54,840 bases of DNA from an uncultured Candidatus Saccharibacteria bacterium. Its GTDB lineage: Bacteria > Patescibacteriota > Andersenbacteria > UBA10190. The notes beneath the pieces were generated by a model that searched no databases, had not been told where the DNA came from, and worked only from the letters and a program-made list of their open reading frames with translations. Of the stretch, positions 45,898-54,840 are shown piece after piece (the stretch's first letter is position 1; the number at the start of each line of letters is the position of its first letter). The position numbers and the translations under genes were made by a program. The stretch lies in the NCBI GenBank assembly GCA_964372635.1, contig CAYJQW010000008.1, positions 1 to 54,840 of the forward strand. The letters run 5' to 3'.

Positions 45898-46974
45898 ATG
45901 ATCAGACAAATTAAAAAACCCAGAGTCGTTGTTTTAGGTGGCGGCAATGGTACCTCACGATTACTGACGGCTTTGAAACCTTTATTAACATCGGGGGACC
46001 TAGCTACTTTACATGCTTTGGTTCTTAACGCTGATGATGGGGGTTCAACAGGGCGGCTGCGGAAACAATATGATGTGTCGGCGATGGGGGATCTAACCAA
46101 GTGTCTTGTGGCCTTGTCAAATTTTCAAGGAGATATCCGTGGCGAGCAATTACTAAAGGCTCTTGATTATCGTTTTGATCACGGTGATTTTTCAGGGCAC
46201 ACACTGCGTAATATGTTTTTAACTGCACTTGAGATTACAGCGGGCGGAGACTCAAGTTCAACCGAGCGTCAAGTTGAAGGCATTGATGCAGGTATTGCCA
46301 TGATGGCTCGCATATTGCAAATTCCGAAAGATGCGGGGGTTATACCAGTAACGCTTAAGCCTCTAACGCAACGCGTGGTTCTGAGCACTGGTAATCTCGA
46401 AGAAATCTTAGGTGAGGGTCAACACTTTATTTCACATAATGTTAATTTGCAGGAAAATCCTCAATGGCAACCAGGCGCGGTGCGCGTCAAATTTGTGGAA
46501 GGTGATGCCCCGCTAAATCCTCGGGCAGCCGAGGTTTTAAGACAAGCTACTTTTATCATCATTGCTCCTGGTCACACTTTTGGAACCATTCTGCCAACCT
46601 TAGCGTTGCCAGCCCTGACTCGAGAGTTGGCGGCAAATTCGGCCAAAATGTGTGTGGTGATGACACTCTTAACAACACCTCGTCAAACAACCGGCTGGAC
46701 GGGCGAAGATTTTATCACTGTTTATGAATCTTATATTGGTAGAAAAATTGATATTGTGTTGAGTAATACCGATACGGTACCAATCAAACTTGTTACTGGA
46801 CAAGAATGGGTCCATTTTAATAGTGAGAAGAAGCATAACTATCAACTTAAACTAGCGGACGTTTTAAGTACGGCGCAGCCGACTAAAATAAGAGGCGATA
46901 CAGTGCCTCGAGCCATCGTTGTTCACGATGTCAAAAAAATTAGGACAGTATTGCGTGAATTGATCGTAAACTAA
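45898..46974 (+). CDS. yvcK: YvcK/GlmR (UPF0052, CofD-related) protein
   Basis: VVVLGGGNG, ADDGGSTGRLR, GD..KCLVALS, YRF, GH..N.FL.AL. Confidence 0.9.
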   Translation: MIRQIKKPRVVVLGGGNGTSRLLTALKPLLTSGDLATLHALVLNADDGGSTGRLRKQYDVSAMGDLTKCLVALSNFQGDIRGEQLLKALDYRFDHGDFSGHTLRNMFLTALEITAGGDSSSTERQVEGIDAGIAMMARILQIPKDAGVIPVTLKPLTQRVVLSTGNLEEILGEGQHFISHNVNLQENPQWQPGAVRVKFVEGDAPLNPRAAEVLRQATFIIIAPGHTFGTILPTLALPALTRELAANSAKMCVVMTLLTTPRQTTGWTGEDFITVYESYIGRKIDIVLSNTDTVPIKLVTGQEWVHFNSEKKHNYQLKLADVLSTAQPTKIRGDTVPRAIVVHDVKKIRTVLRELIVN

Positions 46975-47089
46975 ATAAGTTATATTACCGAAACTAGGTG
47001 TCGTAGTTTCTTTGCATTTGATAACCAGAGACACCTTTTAATATATTCCACCCGCGTGCGTCAAAGACCGTACCGAGTATACTGAAAAG

Positions 47090-48775
47090 ATGACAGCGGA
47101 ATTAAATCAGCCAAATGAAGAAGCTGAGTTGCAAAAAGACTTATCAGCTCGTCTATCCGCCTTGGCTGGCGAACAGCAGGAACGCCTAGCCCGACATCGA
47201 GCTGAATCTTCTGGGCTGGCATACATAAACCTGACTCTCTATCCGATTGATCCTGATGTTCTTGAAATCGTGCCCAAAGACATGGCCGAACGGGCCCAAG
47301 CCGTGTTGTTTTTTAAACAAGGTAAAGATGCGCGCATTGGAGCCGTTAATCCACAGTTACCTGGTGTACAGAAGTTAAAAAAATTTGTTGAGGAGAAGTT
47401 GAATTTTAAAGTCGAGATTCTTGTAATTTCTCATCGAAGTTTCCAAGTTGTGTTAGCACGTTATCGCCCTGAACGTTCCTATGAAGCGCCTTCAGGTGAA
47501 CTGAAAATTACCGAGGTTAGCCTCAATGATTTTACTAAAGGGTTGCAAGAAATGAAGAAACTTGGTGAGCACATTACCATGTTATCTGCCACCGAACTTC
47601 TGGAAATATTAATTGCTGGAGCAGTTAAATCTGGAGCATCCGATTTGCATATTGAGCCGTCTCAGAAAGAAGCTCGGCTTCGCTACCGCATTGATGGTGT
47701 ATTACAGGACATAACTGTGTTTCCCCGTAGTGGCTGGCGTCAGATAGTATCCAGAGTCAAAGTTCTAGCCCAACTTAAACTCAATATTCATGCTACCCCA
47801 CAGGATGGTAGTTTTGTCCTCAAGGTAGGGAAAAAAATCTATGATATCCGTGTCTCGGTTTTGCCTGGTGGTGAAGGGGAAAATATTGTGATGCGTATTC
47901 TTGATCGTGAAACAGAAACGGTGAATATTACTGATCTTGGTATGAAAAAGCGTGATCATAATGTTGTTCTGCAAGAACTAAAACAAAGTAATGGCATGAT
48001 TCTAGTTACCGGTCCAACTGGATCGGGCAAGACAACCAGTTTGGCATCTTTTCTGACCGCTGTCAGCACACCTGAACTAAAGGCGATTACTCTTGAAGAC
48101 CCAATTGAATATCGTATAGCCGGAATTCAACAAACGCAGGTTGATAAGAGTGCCGGTTACACTTTTGCCAGTGGCCTGCGTTCCATCTTACGTCAGGACC
48201 CGGACATTATTATGATTGGTGAAATTCGTGATACCGAGACAGCCGAGACGGCTCTGCACGCCGCTCTAACCGGTCATCTTGTCTTTTCAACACTGCACAC
48301 GAACGATGCACCCGGAGCTATTCCCCGACTCATTGATTTAGGCCAAGCGCCAAACATTATTGCCCCTGCTCTTAATTTAATCATTGCTCAGCGTCTAGTC
48401 CGGGTTGTTTGTGTAAAGTGTGCTGAAGAATATAGGCCTGACTCAAACTTACGTGAGAAAATTGCCGATACCATGCACGGTTTAAACCGGGATTATTTTA
48501 ATGCCAACATTCTACGTGATAAGAATCTAAAATTTCTCCGGGCCAAGGGATGTCCAGCCTGTGGTGAGACGGGCTATCGGGGCCGTATAGGATTGTTCGA
48601 AGTGATGCCTGTTAAGGGCGCTGTTGAGGAGTTGGTTTTAGAGGCTGCGCCGAGTAATAGAATTAGGGAAGCCGCGTTAAAAGATGGCATGACGACTATT
48701 GCTCAGGATGGCTATTTAAAGGTATTCGGCAAAGTGACAACTATTGAGGAAATTGAGAGAGTTACGGAAGATTAA
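47090..48775 (+). CDS. pilB: Type IV pilus assembly ATPase PilB/GspE
   Basis: ASDLHIEP, RYRIDGVL, PQDG, GPTGSGKTT, EDPIEY, LRQDPDIIMIGEIRD, STLHTND, CxxC..CxxC. Confidence 0.93.
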   Translation: MTAELNQPNEEAELQKDLSARLSALAGEQQERLARHRAESSGLAYINLTLYPIDPDVLEIVPKDMAERAQAVLFFKQGKDARIGAVNPQLPGVQKLKKFVEEKLNFKVEILVISHRSFQVVLARYRPERSYEAPSGELKITEVSLNDFTKGLQEMKKLGEHITMLSATELLEILIAGAVKSGASDLHIEPSQKEARLRYRIDGVLQDITVFPRSGWRQIVSRVKVLAQLKLNIHATPQDGSFVLKVGKKIYDIRVSVLPGGEGENIVMRILDRETETVNITDLGMKKRDHNVVLQELKQSNGMILVTGPTGSGKTTSLASFLTAVSTPELKAITLEDPIEYRIAGIQQTQVDKSAGYTFASGLRSILRQDPDIIMIGEIRDTETAETALHAALTGHLVFSTLHTNDAPGAIPRLIDLGQAPNIIAPALNLIIAQRLVRVVCVKCAEEYRPDSNLREKIADTMHGLNRDYFNANILRDKNLKFLRAKGCPACGETGYRGRIGLFEVMPVKGAVEELVLEAAPSNRIREAALKDGMTTIAQDGYLKVFGKVTTIEEIERVTED

Positions 48776-48876
48776 TAAGAATATTGCATTATCACACTGC
48801 CCCTTTTTATTTTTTTAAACCGTCATATCTAAGCAGTTGCGAGGCAAATATCCTTAAATTAAAATACGATCTAATG

Positions 48877-50016
48877 TCATGGCAAAATAGCCCGAACTTG
48901 TTCAAGGGCTTGGGATTCTGCCTCCTCGAGTGACGGCGCGGTTATTGGAATTGCTAGTATTCCATTACGTCGGCTAGCTGAAAGTCTTTCCTGAATCTCG
49001 TGGCGACGTTGCAGCAAGCCCTTGCCCAGTAAAAGATGAAGTTCAAATTGTTGTTTTCCTTTTTCATGTAAAACAAATGTGGCATTAAAACCGGCGATAT
49101 TATTAGCCAGTTCATAAAGAGCTGTTTCCAGGTCATCATCTATTGCCCCGCTTTCCTGAAAATCAACAGGACGCAAAAGACTCCAAAAAAGTTTTGCGTG
49201 CTCATCCATGCGAAGTCGTGCATAGAGACGCCCTGTTAATTTCAAGAGAGGCAGTGGTTTGGTTTTAATAAGATGTTGAATCACAGCTTCTCGGTCAGCA
49301 TCAAGTTCCATCAGTCGGGCAGCAACCTGAAATGAGCGTGGTGTTGTTGAGGGTCTTTGAAATGAATCGGTACCCGCAACCACGCCAGCATATAGTGCCG
49401 TGGCAATATCGGCTTCGAGTGAATCGCCCTGCATTGCCTTGATGAGGTCATAAGTGACTTCCGCAACAGAACCGGCGGTAATGTCAACCAGATTGACTGT
49501 GCCAAAGTGTTCGTTGTTGGCCCGATGATCAATATTAATGATGGGTGTGCTATAAAAAAATCCCGTATGTTCGACGAAAATGTTACCAAGATCTTCAAGG
49601 TCAGACGATCCAAATACAATCACCACATCATAAGGCATGCCTCTAACTGACACTTCAATTTGATCCTTCGTTACAGAATCACCTGGTTTTAAAACAGCGT
49701 GCAAACGAACGCCGCCTTGTAGTTTTTCATGTCTAACGGTTGTCACGTTTATCATGCCAGCGATATCAAGTACCACTTCTGTTTCAGCCTTAGGTTTCAT
49801 CAATACTTGGCTTGATCCCGGTAAAAACTGCAACTCACGCAAAACGTGCGATGAACTAACCTCATCAACATGATTTGGCTTAATACTTTGCAATGCGATA
49901 TACAATGCTATCATCGAGGCCTGTGCATCGGCCCCTGAGCGCTCTGGTACAATGAGTAGAACTTGAGAGGCCCTTTCAATCAAGGCTTGAGCTTGTTTAA
50001 GTTCAGGCAGGGCCAT
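48877..50016 (-). CDS. DHH-family phosphoesterase-like protein with degenerate catalytic motifs
   Basis: INIDHRANNEHFG.VNLVD, ATALYAG, TTPRSF..AA.L; DHH changed to DHR. Confidence 0.8.
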   Translation of the reverse strand: MALPELKQAQALIERASQVLLIVPERSGADAQASMIALYIALQSIKPNHVDEVSSSHVLRELQFLPGSSQVLMKPKAETEVVLDIAGMINVTTVRHEKLQGGVRLHAVLKPGDSVTKDQIEVSVRGMPYDVVIVFGSSDLEDLGNIFVEHTGFFYSTPIINIDHRANNEHFGTVNLVDITAGSVAEVTYDLIKAMQGDSLEADIATALYAGVVAGTDSFQRPSTTPRSFQVAARLMELDADREAVIQHLIKTKPLPLLKLTGRLYARLRMDEHAKLFWSLLRPVDFQESGAIDDDLETALYELANNIAGFNATFVLHEKGKQQFELHLLLGKGLLQRRHEIQERLSASRRNGILAIPITAPSLEEAESQALEQVRAILP

Positions 50017-50291
50017 AGCGTTGCCGGTTTTCTGGAACCAAAATATTAAGTCCAATATGATATCGTGACAATGACATAAATCCTCCTATGGTAGCGGCCT
50101 AGTGATCGAGTGTGAACTGTGAACATGTGAACAACTAAGAAAATTTTTGAAATGACCGCCTATCTTAAGATTATCAAATATTAGACTTTATCAGGAACCC
50201 GCAGGGCTTTATAGACTAAGGCCCGCTTAGTTTTGATTAAAATAGCTTATGATCGATGGTCAATTACCCATAGATTGCATACGCTGGTTAT

Positions 50292-51107
50292 ATGACGCTA
50301 TTGAATGTGGCCATCTTAGCCATTGTCCAAGGTTTGACCGAATTCTTACCGGTCAGTTCCAGCGGCCACTTATTACTGGTTCGTCTACTCTTTAATGTGT
50401 CGGATGTTAACGGCAGTATTTTTGATGCCTTTTTACATCTGGGCACACTTGGCGCAGTCCTCATATATTTTCGTCATATCTGGTGGCATATCATTCGTAG
50501 TTTGTTCAAATTAAAGGGTGAGACAGATGATAGTCGAGGATTGTTATGGAATTTAGTTCTGGCTACGATTCCGGCTGCACTGGTCGGTTATTTCCTTGAA
50601 AACATCGTTGCCACAACTTTTCGAACACCTTACACATTAGCCTTTTCTTTTGGCTTTACAGCTTTGATACTGTGGTTTTCAGACACCTCAGGAGGTCTTC
50701 CCGATCAGGAAAAATCAAATTATTCGAAACCACGATTTGAGAAGATATCGAATTCTTCAGCGCTTTTTATCGGATTGTGGCAAATTGTTGCCTTGATACC
50801 GGGAATATCTCGCTCGGGCATCACGATAGCAGCAGGGCGATGGCAAAAACTGTCTCGTGTCCAGGCCACCACATTTTCCTTTTTACTATCTGCGCCAATT
50901 ATTGCCGGGGCCGGCTTACACAGTTTACCGGCGGTAATTAGCACCCCGGACTATGTCGCCAGCCAGCTTGTCATTGGTTTTTTCCTTGCCCTTATCAGTG
51001 GTTTGATAGCTATGCACATTTTACTAAAACTGATCGAGCGTATATCTTTTCGGCCGTTTGCCGTTTATCTCACAATCCTGGCCATAGTCACCATCTTTTA
51101 TGCCTGA
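50292..51107 (+). CDS. uppP: Undecaprenyl-diphosphate phosphatase
   Basis: VQGLTEFLPVSSSGHL, LHLGT, ATIPA, Q..ALIPGISRSGITI, FSFLLS.P. Confidence 0.97.
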   Translation: MTLLNVAILAIVQGLTEFLPVSSSGHLLLVRLLFNVSDVNGSIFDAFLHLGTLGAVLIYFRHIWWHIIRSLFKLKGETDDSRGLLWNLVLATIPAALVGYFLENIVATTFRTPYTLAFSFGFTALILWFSDTSGGLPDQEKSNYSKPRFEKISNSSALFIGLWQIVALIPGISRSGITIAAGRWQKLSRVQATTFSFLLSAPIIAGAGLHSLPAVISTPDYVASQLVIGFFLALISGLIAMHILLKLIERISFRPFAVYLTILAIVTIFYA

Positions 51108-51603
51108 AAAAAAAGTTTTCAGAAGTGCTGCCGCCATGAAGAAATTTGCCGCGGCCGTAGCATCAACTCTACAAGCAGGTGATGTAGTTTTACTGTATGG
51201 CGATCTTGGGGCGGGGAAGACGACCTTTGTGCAGGGAGTTGCCGAGAAGCTAGGCATCAGTGACCGGATTACTTCACCAACCTTTACGATTGTTGGTGAG
51301 TATAAAGTCGATAAACACAATTCAATCAAAAAACTAATACACGTCGACTTATTTAGGCTGTCACCTCAGGCGGCAATAAATGATCCAGCCATACGAGATA
51401 TTTTAGTTTTACGAAAATTTACTCAACAAAAGATTCAAGCTGATTCCGGTGCGGTCAAGCCAGACAGGGAAGAGATAGCCGTTACCCTTATTGAATGGGC
51501 CGATCGTTTATCTGATCCGCCTTCGGGGGCTATAAAAATCCAGTTCTCCCATGGTAGAGTTGCCAATGAAAGAATTGTTTCACTGTCAAATCATCGTAAA
51601 TAA
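51100..51603 (+). CDS. tsaE: tRNA threonylcarbamoyladenosine biosynthesis ATPase
   Basis: GDLGAGKTTF, SPTF, HVDLFRL, IEW. Confidence 0.95.
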   Translation: MPEKKVFRSAAAMKKFAAAVASTLQAGDVVLLYGDLGAGKTTFVQGVAEKLGISDRITSPTFTIVGEYKVDKHNSIKKLIHVDLFRLSPQAAINDPAIRDILVLRKFTQQKIQADSGAVKPDREEIAVTLIEWADRLSDPPSGAIKIQFSHGRVANERIVSLSNHRK

Positions 51604-51604
51604 T

Positions 51605-54388
51605 ATGACCAAAAAAAGAAATGTGAAATTGGCAATTATTGACTCTCACGCACTCATTCACCGGGCTTACCATGCTTTGCCGCCAATGACGACGAGACAC
51701 GGTGAGCCAACCAATGCTGTTTTTGGCTTTACCACCATGTTGCTTAAAATGTGGCAAACATTAAAACCAACCCATGTAGTCGCAGCTTTCGATTTGCCCG
51801 GACCAACCTTTCGTCATAAGGAATTTGCTGAATACAAAGCCCATCGGGCACCAGCCGATGATGAACTTATTTCACAATTCGATCTGGTCCGCCAAGTTGT
51901 GGATGCGTTTAATATTCCCATTCTCGCCAAGCCAGGTTTTGAAGCTGACGACATCATCGGCACCCTGGTCACAACTCTCAAGGATGGCATTAAGAAAGTT
52001 GTGATCACCGGTGACATGGATACGTTGCAATTGATTGATGACGATACATCTATTTTTACACCCAAGCGGGGCATAGCCGACCCTGTTCTTTACGATGAAA
52101 ATCTGGTTAATGCCAGATATGGTTTTGGTCCGGAATTTATTACAGATTACAAGGGTTTATCCGGTGATCCGTCTGACAATATTCCTGGCGTGGTCGGTAT
52201 TGGCAAAAAGACGGCCGGCGATTTAATTCACAAATATGGATCTATTGAAAGCATTTATGAGCACTTAGATGAATTACCGAAGCGTGCCCAAACAAGATTA
52301 CGTGGCCATAAAAAAGATGCCTTATTTAGCCGCAAGCTTGCGACTATCAAACGTGATGTTGCCCTAAAGTTTAATATATCCCAGGCCACTCTAAATGATT
52401 TTGATCCCAACGAAGTACGTAAACTGTTTGAAAAACTTGAATTTCGAAGCCTGATTCAAAAAATACCCAAGAGCTTGAGAGGCGAGATTCAGGCCACACT
52501 TTTGCAGGGTAGTGAACTCAAGTTAAACAGTAATGTTAAACAAGACGCCAATAAAGAATTAAACGTGCACCTGCCCGTTAATTATCATATTGCCGTCACA
52601 CCGGCAGAACAAAAAAATCTGCGCGAACGATTAGCGAAAGAAGTTCTTATATCGTTCGATACAGAAACAGACCAACTTGGTGCACGGCAATTTCCAATTG
52701 TCGGTATGAGTTTTGCGATTCATAAAAAAAGTAAACAGCAAGTTAAAACCGAAGCCTGGTATGTACCGATCAATTCAAAAACCTTGCTCGCTTGGAAAGG
52801 ATTACTTGAAAATCCTAAAATTAAGAAGATCGGCCACAACCTTAAATACGATTTAGAAGTTACCAGGCAATCTGGCATTGAACTAAAACCAATTGCCGCC
52901 GATACTATGATTTTAAGCTATCTTTTACATCCTGGTGCACGACAGCACGGTCTTGATACGTTGGCGGTGCAGGAACTGGGGCACCATCCGATACCAATAA
53001 CAGACCTCATTGGTACTGGAAAAAATCAGAAAAAAATGTCTCAAGTTCCGCTCAGGGAAATTGGGCGTTATGCGGCTGAAGATGCCGATGTGAGTCTGCG
53101 ACTATATGACAAACTTTCACCTAAAATTACAACTGAAGGATTAACGCGTGTTCTCGAGGAACTTGAGTTACCGCTCATTCCGGTGCTGGCACACATTGAA
53201 ATGGCCGGTGTCAAAATAGACAAGGCACAGCTAGTCGTTCTGCAGAAAAAAACAGCCCGTCGGATCAAAACATTGCAAACAAAGATTTGGCAAGTAGTGG
53301 GCGGAATAAAATTCAATATAAATTCAACACAACAGTTACGCGATGTGCTTTATACAAAACTGAAATTACCCACCACGGACATAAAAAGAACGCAGTCGGG
53401 GTTTTCAACCGCAGCAAGTGAGCTCGAGAAATTACGGGGCACGCATGACGTTATTGAACTACTGGAAGAATATCGAGAATTATCTAAGCTACAAAATACT
53501 TATATTGAACCTCTGCCAGCCCTGACACAAAACGATGGGCGCATTCACGGTTCATTCAGCCAGGTCGTGGCCGCGACTGGGCGCTTGAGTTCAAGCGATC
53601 CGAATCTGCAAAACATTCCGGTTCGAACCACTTTAGGCCAGGAAATTCGCTCAGCCTTTATGGCCGAACGGGGATTCCGTCTTGTTAAGGCGGATTACTC
53701 ACAGATAGATTTACGTGTGGCTGCATCGATTTCCCGTGATGAAAAAATGATGGATGCCTTTCGAGCTGGCGGGGACATTCATGCCACCACGGCTGCCTGG
53801 ATTAACAACGTAGCGCCCGCGGACGTTACATCTAAACAGCGGCGTGACGCTAAGACACTAAACTTCGGCGTACTCTACGGTATGGGACCGCTAAATTTTG
53901 CGCGCGCTTCGGGCGTCTCAAGCGAAGAAGCCCGATCATTTATTGAACGCTACCGCGAACAATACATAGGGCTCATGAACTGGATCAAGCAGACAATTGA
54001 ACAGGCCGAAAGTTTAGGTTTTGTGGAAACGCTATTTGGTCGGCGGCGTTGGGTACCGGAAATCAATTCAAATGCGCCGGCGATCCGCGCTGCTGCGGAG
54101 CGTGCGGCCTTTAATTTTCCAATTCAAGGAACGGCAGCCGATATTTTAAAGAAGGCGATGATAGAACTTTATACGCATATGTTAAAAAAATACCCTGATG
54201 CCAAAATGATTTTAACCGTTCACGATGAATTGGTGTGCGAAGTCCCTGTTAAGGAAACTGTGTCCCTTGGCGCTGATATGAAAAAAATCATGGAGAGCGT
54301 CTTTCCGCTTGATGTGCCGTTAGTTGTCGACGTTTCGTCGGGTTCAAACTGGCGGGACATGAGCCTACTTAAAACAGAAGACAAGTAA
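51605..54388 (+). CDS. polA: DNA polymerase I (5'-3' exonuclease, intact 3'-5' exonuclease motifs, polymerase)
   Basis: RAYHALP, EADDIIG, GDPSDNIPGV.GIG.KTA; FDTET, HNLKYD, YAAEDAD; TGRLSS..PNLQNIP, ADYSQIDLR, AK.LNFG..YG, VHDEL. Confidence 0.98.
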   Translation: MTKKRNVKLAIIDSHALIHRAYHALPPMTTRHGEPTNAVFGFTTMLLKMWQTLKPTHVVAAFDLPGPTFRHKEFAEYKAHRAPADDELISQFDLVRQVVDAFNIPILAKPGFEADDIIGTLVTTLKDGIKKVVITGDMDTLQLIDDDTSIFTPKRGIADPVLYDENLVNARYGFGPEFITDYKGLSGDPSDNIPGVVGIGKKTAGDLIHKYGSIESIYEHLDELPKRAQTRLRGHKKDALFSRKLATIKRDVALKFNISQATLNDFDPNEVRKLFEKLEFRSLIQKIPKSLRGEIQATLLQGSELKLNSNVKQDANKELNVHLPVNYHIAVTPAEQKNLRERLAKEVLISFDTETDQLGARQFPIVGMSFAIHKKSKQQVKTEAWYVPINSKTLLAWKGLLENPKIKKIGHNLKYDLEVTRQSGIELKPIAADTMILSYLLHPGARQHGLDTLAVQELGHHPIPITDLIGTGKNQKKMSQVPLREIGRYAAEDADVSLRLYDKLSPKITTEGLTRVLEELELPLIPVLAHIEMAGVKIDKAQLVVLQKKTARRIKTLQTKIWQVVGGIKFNINSTQQLRDVLYTKLKLPTTDIKRTQSGFSTAASELEKLRGTHDVIELLEEYRELSKLQNTYIEPLPALTQNDGRIHGSFSQVVAATGRLSSSDPNLQNIPVRTTLGQEIRSAFMAERGFRLVKADYSQIDLRVAASISRDEKMMDAFRAGGDIHATTAAWINNVAPADVTSKQRRDAKTLNFGVLYGMGPLNFARASGVSSEEARSFIERYREQYIGLMNWIKQTIEQAESLGFVETLFGRRRWVPEINSNAPAIRAAAERAAFNFPIQGTAADILKKAMIELYTHMLKKYPDAKMILTVHDELVCEVPVKETVSLGADMKKIMESVFPLDVPLVVDVSSGSNWRDMSLLKTEDK

Positions 54389-54481
54389 CAATTAATAACC
54401 TGGTTATTTTGCAAGAATATGGGGTCTTCATTTACGACTATATCAGATGATTATGGCTTACATTAAGCAATAATGTAGCTA

Positions 54482-54511
54482 TTGACAATATAGGCATATT
54501 TAGGCTATAAT
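54482..54511 (+). promoter_or_regulatory. Consensus sigma70 promoter
   Basis: TTGACA-18 nt-TATAAT. Confidence 0.75.
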
Positions 54512-54596
54512 AATTGGTTAGTGTCAAACATGGCAGGAAAGCTATGTTTTAATACTCAAGGATTGTTCGTTTCAATCTTAAAGAAGGAGGAAAATT

Positions 54597-54806
54597 ATGG
54601 CGGCATTTTTTCAGCAATGCTCTAGCTGTAAACGGAAACGATTCATCTATGATAGGCGAAACAATCATTTTTCTGATTGGAGTAAAAAAATCGGCACCGA
54701 TTTAAATTTGCATTTAGAAAGCGTGATCTGTGCTAATTGTGCTTTCCTAACCCAGAAAATTGAGGAGCAAGGGTTGTCTTTAAAGGAGAGACCAGTTGCA
54801 AGATAA
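54597..54806 (+). CDS. Small CxxC...CxxC (zinc-binding) protein
   Basis: CSSC and CANC; strong AAGGAGG RBS; consensus promoter upstream. Confidence 0.7.
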   Translation: MAAFFQQCSSCKRKRFIYDRRNNHFSDWSKKIGTDLNLHLESVICANCAFLTQKIEEQGLSLKERPVAR

Positions 54807-54840
54807 GACTTTAGAGTAAACTAAAGAGGTAACAATTAAC

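Noticed and set aside
45717..46100. Long N-terminal extension of ORF 45249..46100
   Set aside because: Overlaps the well-supported yvcK antisense; only the 3' part looks like a real gene.
1..54840. Alternative genetic code 25 (TGA = Gly) and tRNA/rRNA genes
   Set aside because: Conserved genes are full length under code 11 and several end at TGA (uppP, yidC, four-helix bundle). No tRNA or rRNA was recognised by eye; tRNAscan-SE would be needed to exclude one.

Overview
Bacterial chromosomal window (standard code 11; TGA is used as stop) that spans the replication origin: jag-yidC-yidD-rnpA-rpmH <- oriC -> dnaA-(DUE)-dnaN-recF-DUF721. Gene content suggests a Patescibacteria/CPR genome (inference): a relaxase-free VirB4/PrgI/VirB6/pilin T4SS-like locus, PilB, a lamin-tail surface protein, a degenerate DHH protein, short YidC and Jag. 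It also holds pcrA, rsmA, a LysM-M23 peptidase, a Wzx/GT2/O-antigen-ligase glycosylation cluster, a class A PBP, an ATP-grasp/7TM peptide-ligase pair, ruvC-yebC, ruvB, an orphan RsbW, yvcK, uppP-tsaE-polA, and the right end of a GC-rich island. The most interesting signals are non-coding. (1) A family of CA-rich/GT-rich fold-back elements: one copy wraps a four-helix-bundle (23S-IVS-type) gene inside the T4SS operon, and two copies are empty. (2) An unannotated ~160-nt rod-shaped RNA with a central bubble (6S-like) upstream of ruvB. (3) Short palindromes inserted in frame into several proteins. (4) A structured leader with an apparent ATC start on the M23 gene. (5) Perfect DnaA boxes outside oriC. 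All alignments and folds were done by eye; no searches were run.
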